DNA of 64,000 bases, taken from NCBI GenBank assembly GCA_963730445.1, contig CAVSRX010000006.1:26082-90081 (forward strand), given 5' to 3'. The DNA is from Vicinamibacterales bacterium (GTDB lineage Bacteria; Acidobacteriota; Vicinamibacteria; Vicinamibacterales; JAMQPK01). The notes beneath the pieces were generated by a model. The model was not told the DNA's origin, searched no databases, and saw nothing but the letters and a program-made list of their open reading frames with translations. Position 1 is the first letter of the stretch. Every line of letters begins with the position of its first letter. The translations under genes and the position numbers were made by a program. Positions 18,886 through 28,586 of the stretch are shown here, in pieces.

Positions 18886-20862
18886 ATGAAGCGAGTGTCT
18901 CTGCCGCTCGTCGCGTTCCTCGTGTGGACAACGCCTCTCTTGCACGGTCAGACAGGTGCGACCAACGGCGAGTGGCGCACGTACGGCGGCGATCTGGCGA
19001 GCACGCGATATGCGCCGCTCGATCAGATCAACGCGGGAAATTTCGGCAAGCTGCAGGTCGCCTGGCGATTCAAGACCGACGTCTTCGGCATCCGGCCCGA
19101 TTTCAATCTCCAGACGACCCCTCTGATGATCGACGGCGTGCTGTACGCCACCGTCGGTGCGAGGCGCGACGCCGTCGCGATCGATGCGGCGACAGGCGAG
19201 CTGCTGTGGATGTACCGCATCGACGAAGGCAAGCGCGCCGCTGCGGCGCCCCGCCTGCTGTCGGGGCGCGGCGTCGCGTACTGGACAGACGGACGCGGCG
19301 ACGAGCGCATCTTCATGGTGACGCTGGGCTATCAGCTCGTTGCGCTCGATGCGAAGAACGGCGATTCCGATCCGCACGTTCGGTCAGAACGGGATTCTCG
19401 ATCTGAAGCAGAACAACGATCAGGTGCTCGATCCGATTACCGGCGAAATCGGCTTGAACACGGGACCGATCGTGGCCAAGGACGTGGTCATCGTGGGAGC
19501 GGCGCATCGCGCCGGCGGCGCGCCGCGAAGCAAGACGAACGCGAAAGGGTACATCCGCGGCTTCGACGTCAAGACCGGAAAGCGCCTGTGGATCTTTCAC
19601 ACCATTCCGACGCCGGGAGAGTTCGGCAACGAGACCTGGGAGAACGACTCCTGGTCGTACTCGGGCAACGCCGGTATGTGGGGGCCGTTTTCCGTGGATG
19701 AAGAGCTCGGACATGGTCTATCTGCCGTCGAGCTGTCGACGGGCGACTATTACGGCGGCCACCGTCCCGGCGACAATCTCTTCACCGAGTCGCTCGTCGC
19801 CGTCGATCTGCAGACCGGGAAGCGCAAGTGGCACTTCCAGCTCGTCCATCACGGCATCTGGGATTACGACATTCCGTGCGCGCCCATCCTGGCCGACATC
19901 ACCGTCGACGGCAAGCGCATCAAGGCAGTCGCGCTGCCGAGCAAGCAAGGATTTCTGTATGTCTTCGATCGGCAGACAGGGCAACCCGTGTGGCCGATCG
20001 TCGAACGGCCCGTCGAGAAAGGCACCGTGCCCGGCGAATGGTATTCGCCGACGCAGCCGTTTCCGACCAAGCCGCCACCGTTCGAGCTGCAGGGCATTCA
20101 GGAAAAAGATCTGATCGACTTCACGCCCGAGATTCTTGCCGAGGCGAAGAAGGTGGCATCGACACATCAAGCTCGGTCCGCTGTTCACCCCGCCTATCGT
20201 GCGTGGCGACGGCGGCAAGATCGGGACGGCGTACATCGCCAACGGCGCCAACTGGCCGGGCGGTTCCTACGATCCGGAAACCGGAATCCTGTACGTGTTT
20301 TCCAACTCACTCACCCGCCTGCTCGTCCTCGCAAACGATCCGAAGCGATCGGACATGGATTACATCAACACCGGCGGGGGCGGAGACACCGGCGGTGGCG
20401 GCGGTTTTCCTGGATGCATTTGATGCCGTGCGCCATCACGGTGCAGGGACTGCCGTTCGTGAAACCGCCATGGGGGCGCATCACGGCCATCGATCTCAAC
20501 AAGGGAGAAATGGTCTGGCAGATCGCGCACGGCGAAACACTCGATGCCGTGACGAATCACCCGATGTTGAAAGGCGTCACGATTCCGCGCACGGGCCGCA
20601 TCGGCCCCATCGGGACGTTGACGACCAAGACGCTGGTCATCTCGGGGGAACGGGGCTTCACGACGCCGCCGTCGGGCAGCGGTTCGCGAAGCTGTACGCG
20701 TACGACAAGGCCACCGGCAAGGAAGTGGCGCACGTCGTCATGCCGGCGCCGCAGACCGGCAACCCGATGACCTACATGCTGAACGGCAAGCAGTATCTCG
20801 TGCTGGCGATCAGCGGGCCCGACTTTCCTGCGGAGCTCATCGCGTACACGGTCGCACCGTGA
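18886..20862 (+). pseudogene. PQQ-dependent dehydrogenase (glucose/quinate/shikimate type), at least 6 frame switches
   Basis: Signal peptide, then GEWRTYGGDLASTRYAPLDQI..TPLMIDGVLYA (frame of 18886). ..GYIRGFDVKTGKRLW..NLFTESLVAVDLQTGKRKWHFQLVHHGIWDYD (frame of 19340). IKLGPLFTPPIV..WPGGSYDPETGILYV (20136). GRITAIDLNKGEMVWQ (19340). KLYAYDKATGKEV..LVLAISG (19828). A compensating indel pair only about 17 nt apart flanks MVYLP at about 19712-19730. Confidence 0.8.
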
Positions 20863-20874
20863 GAGAGCTGTTGA

Positions 20875-21314
20875 TCACTCCTCGGCCAATTGCTCTGCCA
20901 TCATCGCGGTGTGCACGGCGGCCCCTTGCAGCATGGGCACGGCGATGGCGGTAATCGCGCGCCGCCAGTCGGCCTCGAGCGTGTCGTTCCATGCGGATGA
21001 TGAGAGGCGGATCGCGCGGATCAATGCCTCGCGCACGGTCACGTAATCTTCGGGCTTGGCGCCCCACCCCACATGCTGAGCGCCGAGATCGCGCAGCGGC
21101 TGTTCGAGCGTCCGCATTTCTTCCAGATTCTTAATCACCAGCGCGAGCGCGGCCTCGAAGTGTCCCTGCAGCGAAGTGAGTCGGTGGGAAAAAGCGTGCG
21201 CAGCTGAGGGGCCGCGGCGAACAGTTCCGTGTAGAAACGCGCCGCGAGCGCGCGAGGCTCCGCTGAAATTCCTGAAAAGCTGGTTCTGATGCGCGCGATC
21301 GCTTCGGGTGTCAT
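20875..21314 (-). CDS. single-domain globin; one frameshift near 21180
   Basis: Own translation from ATG 21314: MTPEAIARIRTSFSGISAEPRALAARFYTELFAAAPQLRTLFPTD. It joins ORF 20875..21345(-) text ..TSLQGHFEAALALVIKNLEEMRTLEQPLRDLGAQHVGWGAKPEDYVTVREALIRAI. Confidence 0.65.
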
Positions 21315-21331
21315 AATGACGCCGCTTTCGC

Positions 21332-21905
21332 ATGACGGCCCCCACCGATTCGGATGGAACGCGAGGAACGGCCGGCGAGCTGCTCCCGGAAGTGTATGAC
21401 GAACTGAGGAAGCTCGCGAAGGCCCGCCTCGCGCGCGAGCGCCAGCCGCATCAGACGCTGCAGCCGACGGCGCTCGTGCATGAAGCCTATCTCCGCGTCT
21501 CCGGCGACCGGCCGGCCCAGCAGTGGGATCGGCGCGGGCATTTTTTCGCGGCGGCTGCGCTGGCGATGCGGCGCATTCTCGTGGAGCGCGCCCGCCACTA
21601 TCAGCGGATCAAGCATGGCGCGGGCGGCGAACACGTCGAGCTCGACGAGGCCCTGTTGTCGTGCCGACCCTGCCTTGGACGACCTTGTCGCCGTGGACGA
21701 GGCACTGACGCAGCTCGAAACGATCGATCCCCGGAAAGCGAAAATTGTGACGCTGCGATATTTCGCCGGTCTCAGCGTTGAAGAAACCGCGAAGGCGCTC
21801 GACCTGTCTCCCGCCACGATCAAGAACGAATGGGCGTTCGCCCGTGCGTGGCTGTACCGGCAGCTCGGTCCGCCAGGCGCGCCACCTGTGGATGGCCAGG
21901 CGTGA
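21332..21905 (+). CDS. ECF sigma factor, TIGR02999 (kinase-associated) type; one frameshift near 21660
   Basis: ELLPEVYDELRKLAKARLARERQPHQTLQPTALVHEAYLRV..WDRRGHFFAAAALAMRRILVERAR (ORF 21332). Then ADPALDDLVAVDEALTQLETIDPRKAKIVTLRYFAGLSVEETAKALDLSPATIKNEWAFARAWL (ORF 21480..21905). Confidence 0.8.
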
Positions 21906-23189
21906 GACAGCGGGCGGCCAGCCGCGCCGAGGAAATATTTCTGGCGCTCGCCGATCTCGACAGCGCCGGCCGCGAAGCGGCCGTGCGCGAACGCTGCGGC
22001 GAAGACGCGCGGCTGCGCGCCGAAGTCGAAGCGCTCCTTCAGGCGCTGCACGCGCCTGAAGACGGGTTTCTGGACCCCACGACCATCCCGACGCTCGACA
22101 TGAACGCCGTCGACGGTCCGCTGCAGCCGGGCACGCCGCTCGGTCAGTTCCTCGTGCTGCATGCGATCGGCTCCGGCGGCATGGGCGTCGTCTACGCGGC
22201 ACAGCAGGATCGGCCACGACGCACCGTCGCGATCAAGGTGCTGCGTCGCGGATTCCGTCATCCGGAGATCGTCAAACGGTTCGAGCGCGAGGCCGAGGTG
22301 CTCGGCCGGCTGCAGCATCAGGGCATCGCTCAGGTGTTTGCGTTTCATCCGGTGACCGGCAGGCGCCGGCGCATCTCGTGATGGAGCTGATTGCCGGCCC
22401 GCCGATCACGGAATACGCTCAGGCTCGCGGCTCCAGTGTCGCCGATCGCGTCGAGCTGATGGCGAAAGTCTGCGAGGCGATGCACCACGCGCACGAGCGC
22501 GGAGTCGTGCATCGCGATCTGAAGCCGGCGAACGTGCTGGTGGGCGAAGACGGCTGGCCGAAGATTCTCGATTTCGGCATCGCGCGCGCCACCGGTCTCG
22601 ACGTGCAATCTGGCGTGCACACATCGCACGGACAGATCATCGGCACGCTCGCGTTCATGAGCCCCGAGCAGTTGCGCGGCGCCGTGGCCGACGTCGATCG
22701 GCGCAGCGACGTGTATGCGATGGGCGTGCTGCTGTTCCGCCTCATCGCCGGCCGCATGCCGTTCGACATCGCCGGCTTGCCTCTGGTGGCGGCGGTGCAG
22801 CGCATTCTTCAGAGCGAGACGCCGCGTCTCGGCACCGATGCGGCCTTCGTGCACGAATCGCTCGAGCAGATTGCCGCCCGCGCGATGGCGCGCGAGCGGG
22901 ACGCACGATACGAGTCTGCCGAGGACATGCGGAGCGACCTTCGAGCGTTTCTCGAAGGCCGCCGCACGAGCGCTGCCGACGTCGTGTCGACGAGAGCGTC
23001 GACGAGCGCCTGCTCGCCATCGGCCTCGCGAGCGGCACCATCAGCGTCATCGACGCGCGCACCGGCAAGACGCTCGTGACATTCGAGCGCGGCTCCGGTC
23101 CCGTCAGCACGCTTCGTTTCCGGGACGATGGCGCGGCTTGCCGTCGAGTGGAGCGACGGCCGGTCGGACAGCTGCGGCTGCCAATGTAG
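21902..23189 (+). pseudogene. Ser/Thr protein kinase with a residual WD40 blade; frameshifted and internally truncated
   Basis: GTG 21902 overlaps the sigma stop (GTGA). AEEIFLALADLD..RLRAEVEALL, GSGGMGVVYAA..VAIKVL (ORF 21830). After a switch near 22345: HRDLKPANVLV..KILDFGIA..GTLAFMSPEQ (ORF 22378). After about 22975 a third frame reads DERLLAIGLASGTISVIDARTGKTLVTFERGSGPVSTLRFRDDGA (one WD40-like blade) and stops at 23187-23189. The usual TM/linker and the remaining blades are absent. Confidence 0.75.
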
Positions 23190-23192
23190 AAA

Positions 23193-23622
23193 TCAGGCTC
23201 CGACCAGCGATTCCTTCGCCGCGTTCTTCATCGTGCCGGCGAGCAGATCCGTACACGCGACCCACGCGTCCTTCACTTCTGGCGTGAAGCGTCTGGCCGA
23301 GCCCCTTTTCGAGCGTCCACAGCAGCGCCGCGCCAACCGTGTCGTAATGCGCGTCCGGCGACGCCGTACCCGGCATGACGCCGTCCGAGATCCTCGACGA
23401 CCGGCACGAGCTGCTCGAGACGGTCGAGACCTTTCACGGCCGCCGTGAGCATCTGCATCAGCTTCCGGCGTTGCTCGGCCATGTCGCCCTTGAACATCCG
23501 CTCGAGGGAGGGATCCAGCTCGAACAGCCGCCGGTAGAACAGCGCCGCGGCATCATCGGCAATCGGGGCGACCAGCGGCAAAGCTTTGCTGCACAAGGAC
23601 TTTCTGCTTTGTCGGTCAACAT
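23193..23622 (-). pseudogene. second single-domain globin, at least 3 frame switches
   Basis: AAGGAG then ATG 23622 (MLTDK..). ORF 23273..23596(-): KALPLVAPIADDAAALFYRRLFELDPSLERMFKGDMAEQRRKLMQMLTAAVKGLDRLEQLVPVVEDLGRRHAGYGV. ORF 23104..23376(-): PDAHYDTVGAALLWTLEKGLG. Own translation of the end: FTPEVKDAWVACTDLLAGTMKNAAKESLVGA, with stop at 23193-23195. Confidence 0.6.
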
Positions 23623-23700
23623 CGGTTGATCTCCTTTGACAACCAATGCGACGTTTTGGGGAAGAAGGGCTAATGCGCTACCTTTTCAGCACAAAGAGGC

Positions 23701-24367
23701 ATGATCAAGGCCGTCATATTCGATCTCTACGAGACCCTCGTCACGCAGTCGGGACAGACGTTCCGCGCGCCGGCGCGCTGGGCGAATCGCTCGGACTCGA
23801 TGCGACCGCCTATCGGCGCGAATGGAAGCAGCTGCGGCCGCTGGTCCTGCGCGGCCAACTGACGTTTCAACAAGCGCTAATCGAGGTTGGCAGACGGTTG
23901 GGTGTGACGATCCCGGATGAACGCGTGCAGCACGCGCGTGACGCGCGCATACGCGCAAATACAGCCGTGTTTCAAAAGGTCGATCCCGAAATCGTCGCGC
24001 TTGACGCGCGACCTCCATGCCCGCGGCGTACGTCTGGCGACGATCAGCAACTGCATGGCTGAAGATGTCGTCGCATGGCCGGGCGTCTGCGCTTGCGCCG
24101 CAGTTCGGGTACGCGGCGTTTTCATTCGCGGTCGGGTGCGTGAAGCCCGATCCTCAGATCTATCTCACGACGATCGAACAGCTGGGCGTGAACCCGGCAG
24201 AGACGTTGTACATCGGCGACGGCGGCGATGACGAGCTGGCGGGCGCCGAACGCGCCGGATTGCGCGCGGCACAGGCAGGCTGGTTCGTCCAGCGCGAGGC
24301 GTCGGCCGGGATTCCATTTCTGGCCAGTCCGCAGGATGTCATGAACACTGTGATCGAGTCTCACGTG
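23701..24367 (+). pseudogene. HAD family hydrolase, about 3 frame switches, no stop before the next gene
   Basis: Own translation from ATG 23701: MIKAVIFDLYETLVTQS (DxD-type motif I). Then ORF 23646 frame (..LGLDATAYRREWKQLRPLVLRGQLTFQQALIEVGRRLG..). ORF 23917 frame (RDLHARGVRLATISNCMAEDVVAWPG). ORF 24017 frame (FGYAAFSFAVGCVKPDPQIYLTTIEQLGVNPAETLYIGDGGDDELAGAERAGL). Confidence 0.6.
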
Positions 24368-25442
24368 ATGATGGGCACGACGCGCACTCACGATTCGCTG
24401 CGGCGGGTTCTGGGCACAGCGTTGCCGATTATTCAAGCGCCGATGGCGGGCGCGCAGGCAGGCGCGCTTGCCGTGGCTGTCTCGAATGTGGGCGGCCTCG
24501 GATCGTTGCCATGCGCGCTCCTCGGTGTCGACGCGATGCGCGCCGAGCTGACGGCGCTGGCATCGGGCACGGCAGCGCCATTCAATGTCAATTTCTTCTG
24601 TCATAAGGCGCCACGGGCCGACGGCGAGCGCGACGCGCGCTGGCGAGCGGTGCTCGCTCCGTACTACAAGGAGCTCGGCATCGAGCCGGACACGACTCCG
24701 GCTGCCGGTGCCCGCATAGCCTTCAGCCCGGACGCCGCCGACGTGCTTGAAGAGTTCAAACCGCGGGTTGTGAGCTTTCATTTCGGCCTCCCGTCTGCCG
24801 AGCTGCTGGCTCGAGTCAAGAGCTGGGGCGCGAAGGTGCTCTCGTCAGCGACGACCATGGATGAAGCGTTGTGGCTCGAAGCGCACGGCGCAGATGCGAT
24901 CGTCGCGCAGGGTGTGGAAGCCGGTGGCCATCGCGGCATGTTCTTGTCGGAGGATGTGAGCACACAGGTCGGCACGTTCGCACTGCTGCCTCAGATCGTT
25001 CGCGCTGTCGGCGTGCCCGTCGTAGCGGCGGGCGGAATCGCCGACGCCCGCGGCGTTTCGGCGGCTCTTGCGCTCGGCGCGGCCGGAGTAGCAGGTCGGC
25101 ACCGCCTATCTGCTCTGTCCGGAAGCGACGACGAGCCCCCTTCACCGAGCGGCGCTCAAGAGCGAGTCTGCCCGTCACACAGCGCTCACGAACGTCTTCA
25201 CCGGTCGGCCCGCGCGCAGCATTGTGAATCGCATCATGCGCGAGCTTGGTCCGATGAGCCCGGTCGCGCCCGAGTTTCCATTGGCCGCCTTCGCCATCGG
25301 CCCGTTGCGCGCGAAAGCGGAAGCACAGGCCAGCACCGATTTCTCCCCGATGTGGTCGGGGCAGAACGCGAGTGGCTGCAGGGAAGTGCCGGCCGCCGAA
25401 CTGACGCAGCAGCTGGCCGAGGGGCTGACGAGCGCGACATGA
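24368..25442 (+). CDS. nitronate monooxygenase (NMO / 2-nitropropane dioxygenase family); one frameshift near 25092
   Basis: MMGTTRTHDSLRRVLGTALPIIQAPMAG..AIVAQGVEAGGHRG..VPVVAAGGIADARG (ORF 24017 frame). Own translation one frame over: QVGTAYLLCPEATTSPLHRAALKSESARHTALTNVFTGRPARSIVNRIMRELGP, ending with ORF 25224..25442. Confidence 0.8.
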
Positions 25443-25819
25443 TCTTTGCAAAACGCGTCTTCCTCACCGCCGCCATCTACGGCTTCATCGTATTGGTGCC
25501 GCAATATTTTCTCGAGGCGAAGACCGGCCGAGACTTCCCGCCGGCGATCACGCATCCCGAGGACCACTACGGCTTCATCGGTGTCGCCGTCGCGTGGCAG
25601 ATGGTGTTTCTCATGATCTCGCGCGATCCGATTCGGTATCGTCCGATCATGCTCGCGGCGATCGTCGAAAAGGCGAGCTTCGGGCTGCCGGCGATTGCGC
25701 TGTATCTCGGCGGCCGGCTCAGCGCCCAAATGCTCGGCGCGGGCATTCTCGATCTGATCCTCGGAGTCCTCTTCATCCTGGCGTATGCTCGAACAGCGCC
25801 AATTATTCAAAGACCTTGA
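25439..25819 (+). CDS. hypothetical membrane protein
   Basis: ATG 25439 overlaps the NMO stop (ATGA). MIFAKRVFLTAAIYGFIVLVPQYF..GFIGVAVAWQMVFLMISRDP..LDLILGVLFILAYA has about 4 TM segments. Confidence 0.6.
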   Translation: MIFAKRVFLTAAIYGFIVLVPQYFLEAKTGRDFPPAITHPEDHYGFIGVAVAWQMVFLMISRDPIRYRPIMLAAIVEKASFGLPAIALYLGGRLSAQMLGAGILDLILGVLFILAYARTAPIIQRP

Positions 25820-25820
25820 A

Positions 25821-25884
25821 ACCACGAAGGCGCGACGAGCACGAAGACGTGCAGTCGACGTAGATCGTCGCGTCTTCGTGTTCG
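25821..25884 (+). repeat. CACGAAG-word hairpin with GTAGATCG apex
   Basis: Directly after the TGA stop: ACCACGAAGG CGCGACGA GCACGAAGACG (8-nt words). CACGAAGACG (25840-25849) pairs perfectly with CGTCTTCGTG (25871-25880). Inner stem CGACG/CGTCG with loop TAGAT. Confidence 0.75.
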
Positions 25885-25893
25885 CATTCAATC

Positions 25894-26301
25894 ATGTATA
25901 AAGGTCGACGCGTGTTTCGCAACGGGCCCGGAGTGGTCATGCTCTTTGTTGGCCTCACGGGCCTGTTTGCCGCAGGAGCGTTCGTCACCTACAGACAGAA
26001 CGGCTGGACCTGGGTGTCGATGGGGCTTACAGGTGCGACCGTGATCCTCGGGCTGGGCAGCATCCTCGAAAGCCTGGTGCTGCGCATCGAGCTGACGGAG
26101 GATGCGCTCATCGCAACGGATTTGACAGGGCGCAAACGGTACGAGATCGCAGCGATCGACAGAATCGAGGAAGCCAAAGGATGTCCGCCCGCGCTCCTGC
26201 TCAAGGACGGCAGCTGGGCGAAGCTGCCGTCGGTCGGCGACAACGTGGGCAACTCGGTCCGCTCGTGGCTCAAGCACTCGCAGTCAAGGCACCAGACATG
26301 A
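25894..26301 (+). CDS. hypothetical membrane protein with bacterial PH-like domain
   Basis: 135-aa ORF. Two TM segments (VVMLFVGLTGLFAAGAFV, VSMGLTGATVILGLGSILESLVL), then RIELTEDALIATDLTGRKRYEIAAIDRIEE. Confidence 0.5.
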   Translation: MYKGRRVFRNGPGVVMLFVGLTGLFAAGAFVTYRQNGWTWVSMGLTGATVILGLGSILESLVLRIELTEDALIATDLTGRKRYEIAAIDRIEEAKGCPPALLLKDGSWAKLPSVGDNVGNSVRSWLKHSQSRHQT

Positions 26302-26393
26302 ACGACGTAGGGCTCGCCATCGCCGCTGATGCGAAGACGCACGCCGAGTTGCTGGGTCTTGTGCGCAAGCACTTCGATTAAGCTTCGCGTACC

Positions 26394-27185
26394 GTGCTGT
26401 CTCATCGGCTCGCGACGTCGGCAGAACTGCCCGAGCTCAAAGCGCTGATGGACGCGTCCATACGAGCGCTCGTCGGCGCGTATCTCGACCCGGCGCGCGT
26501 CGAAGCCTCATTCGATTTCATGGGGCTCGATACGCAGCTCATCGAAGACGGCACCTATTTCGTCGTCGAGTGCGAGAATCGCCTCGCAGGCTGTGGCGGC
26601 TGGGGCCGTCGCGCGACGCTGTTTGGTGGTGACCACACACGAGGGCGCGATGCGCGTCTCCTCGATCCCGCGACGGAGCCCGCTCGCGTGCGCGCGATGT
26701 ACACCCACCCCGATTTCGTGAGGCGCGGAGTCGGCCGGCTTGTGCTGTCATTGTGCGAGGCCGCGGCCGCGCGGGAAGGATTTCGATCGCTCGAACTGGT
26801 CGCGACCGTCGCGGGCGAGCCGCTGTATCTTGCCTGCGGGTTTACGATCATCGAGCGGATCGACCTGCCGACGACGAAGGGCTTGACGGTTCCAGGCGCC
26901 CGTATGTCAAAGCGAATCGAGGTCCCTATGCAGGATGACATTTGCGTGTTCAGGGCGAGCGGCGAAATGCAGGCGCAGCAAATCCAGGGGTTTCTGGCCG
27001 GCTCCGGCATCGCCAGCGAGTTGAGAGGGGAATCGCTGCGGAAGACGCACGGGCTCACCATTGACGGACTCGGGATGGTGGAGGTCGTCGTCTCCAGCGC
27101 CGACGAAGAACAGGCGCGCGCGCTGCTGGCCTCGGCCGAGAACGGAGCGTTTCGCCTCGACGAAGATGCGCCGGTGCAGGAATGA
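26394..27185 (+). CDS. GNAT family N-acetyltransferase fused in frame to a DUF2007 (putative signal-transducing) domain
   Basis: GTG start. GNAT core ..YFVVECENRLAGCGGWG..MYTHPDFVRRGVGRLVLSLCEAAAAREGFRSLELVAT. Then from MQDDICVFRASGEMQAQQIQGFLAGSGIASEL..GMVEVVVSSADEEQARALL (DUF2007-like). There is no stop between the two parts. Confidence 0.7.
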   Translation: MLSHRLATSAELPELKALMDASIRALVGAYLDPARVEASFDFMGLDTQLIEDGTYFVVECENRLAGCGGWGRRATLFGGDHTRGRDARLLDPATEPARVRAMYTHPDFVRRGVGRLVLSLCEAAAAREGFRSLELVATVAGEPLYLACGFTIIERIDLPTTKGLTVPGARMSKRIEVPMQDDICVFRASGEMQAQQIQGFLAGSGIASELRGESLRKTHGLTIDGLGMVEVVVSSADEEQARALLASAENGAFRLDEDAPVQE

Positions 27186-28582
27186 GTGCGAGACGCACGG
27201 CACTGATCGTTCTCGTCGCTGCCGGCCTCATCAGCGACACCGCCGTCGACAGCCGGCAGCAGAAACCATCGCGCCCCAACATCCTCCTGATTCAGGCCGA
27301 CGATCTCGGGTACGGCGATCTCAGCGCCTACGGGCAGGCGCGCTTTTCCACACCGTCGCTCGATCGCCTCGCACGCGGAGGCATGAGGTTTACGGAGTAC
27401 TACTCGGGCAGCACGGTGTGCGCACCGTCACGCACGACGCTGATGACCGGGATGCACACCGGCCACGCCTGGATCCGCGGAAACGGCGACATTCCGCTGC
27501 GGCCCGAAGATGTCACCATCGCCGAGATGCTGCGCGACGTGGGGTACCGCACCGCCGTGATCGGCAAATGGGGGCTCGGGTCTCCGGGCTCGACCGGCAT
27601 GCCCGATCGACAGGGATTCGACCACGCCTTCGGCTTCCTCGATCATCGGCATGCGCATCGCCAGTACACCGATCATCTATGGCGCAACGGCGAGCGGGCC
27701 GCGACCGACCTCGAGCGCGATTACGTCAACGACCTGTTCACCAGAGAGACCACAGAGTTCATCGAACGCAGCGACACGCGTCCGTTCTTCGTCTACTTGA
27801 ACTACACGGTGCCGCACGCCGAGATGCGCGCGCCTGAAGATTCGATGGCCGCCCATCGCGGCCACTTTCCCGAGAAACCGTTCGAGAACCAGAAAGCCGA
27901 CGCGCGGCCAACCGGTGCCAGCCCCGAGCTTCCGACACTCGGGTACCGGTCGCAGCCCACGCCGCATGCGGCCTTCGCGGCGATGATTACGCGCATGGAC
28001 CGCGACATCGGTACGCTGGCCGATCTCCTGCGTGCGCGCGGCATCGAGCGCAACACCCTGATCATGTTCGTCAGTGACAACGGCCCGCATCAGGAAGGGG
28101 GCGGCGATCCGGTGTTCTTCAAGAGCTCGGGGCCGCTGCGCGGCATCAAGCGCGATCTGTACGAAGGCGGCATCCGCGTGCCGATGATCGCGAGCTGGCC
28201 CGGCACCATTCCGGCCGGCCGTGTCAGCAACCACCCGTGGGCGCACTGGGATATGCTGCCGACCATCGGCGACATCGCCACAGCGAAGGCGCCTGCAGGC
28301 ATCGACGGCCTCTCGATGGCGCGCGCGCTTCGCGGCCAATCGCAGCGGCCGCACGATTTCCTGTATTGGGAATTCCATGAGCGCGGCTTTCAGCAGGCCG
28401 TGCGCATGGGAACGTGGAAAGCCGTTCGCCTGAAAAAAGATGCGCCGCTCGAGCTCTACAATCTCGCGGCCGATCCCGGCGAGCAGCGCGATGTGGCCGC
28501 CGGCAATCCGAAGATCGTGGCGCGCATCGAGGAATATCTGAAGACCGCGAGAACCGAATCGGAACGCTGGCCCGTAAAGTAA
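27182..28582 (+). CDS. arylsulfatase (formylglycine-dependent sulfatase family), exported
   Basis: Intact 466 aa. ATG overlaps the previous stop (ATGA). PNILLIQADDLGYGDLSAYG, STVCAPSRTTLMTGMHTGH (C-x-P-x-R), FVSDNGPH, GIKRDLYEGGIRVP. Confidence 0.9.
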   Translation: MSARRTALIVLVAAGLISDTAVDSRQQKPSRPNILLIQADDLGYGDLSAYGQARFSTPSLDRLARGGMRFTEYYSGSTVCAPSRTTLMTGMHTGHAWIRGNGDIPLRPEDVTIAEMLRDVGYRTAVIGKWGLGSPGSTGMPDRQGFDHAFGFLDHRHAHRQYTDHLWRNGERAATDLERDYVNDLFTRETTEFIERSDTRPFFVYLNYTVPHAEMRAPEDSMAAHRGHFPEKPFENQKADARPTGASPELPTLGYRSQPTPHAAFAAMITRMDRDIGTLADLLRARGIERNTLIMFVSDNGPHQEGGGDPVFFKSSGPLRGIKRDLYEGGIRVPMIASWPGTIPAGRVSNHPWAHWDMLPTIGDIATAKAPAGIDGLSMARALRGQSQRPHDFLYWEFHERGFQQAVRMGTWKAVRLKKDAPLELYNLAADPGEQRDVAAGNPKIVARIEEYLKTARTESERWPVK

Positions 28583-28586
28583 AACC

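Noticed and set aside
26299-26381. 27-aa ORF MNDVGLAIAADAKTHAELLGLVRKHFD between the PH-like gene and the GNAT gene
   Set aside because: Too short, with no ribosome-binding site or recognisable family. It may be a remnant of a displaced GNAT N-terminus but cannot be supported.
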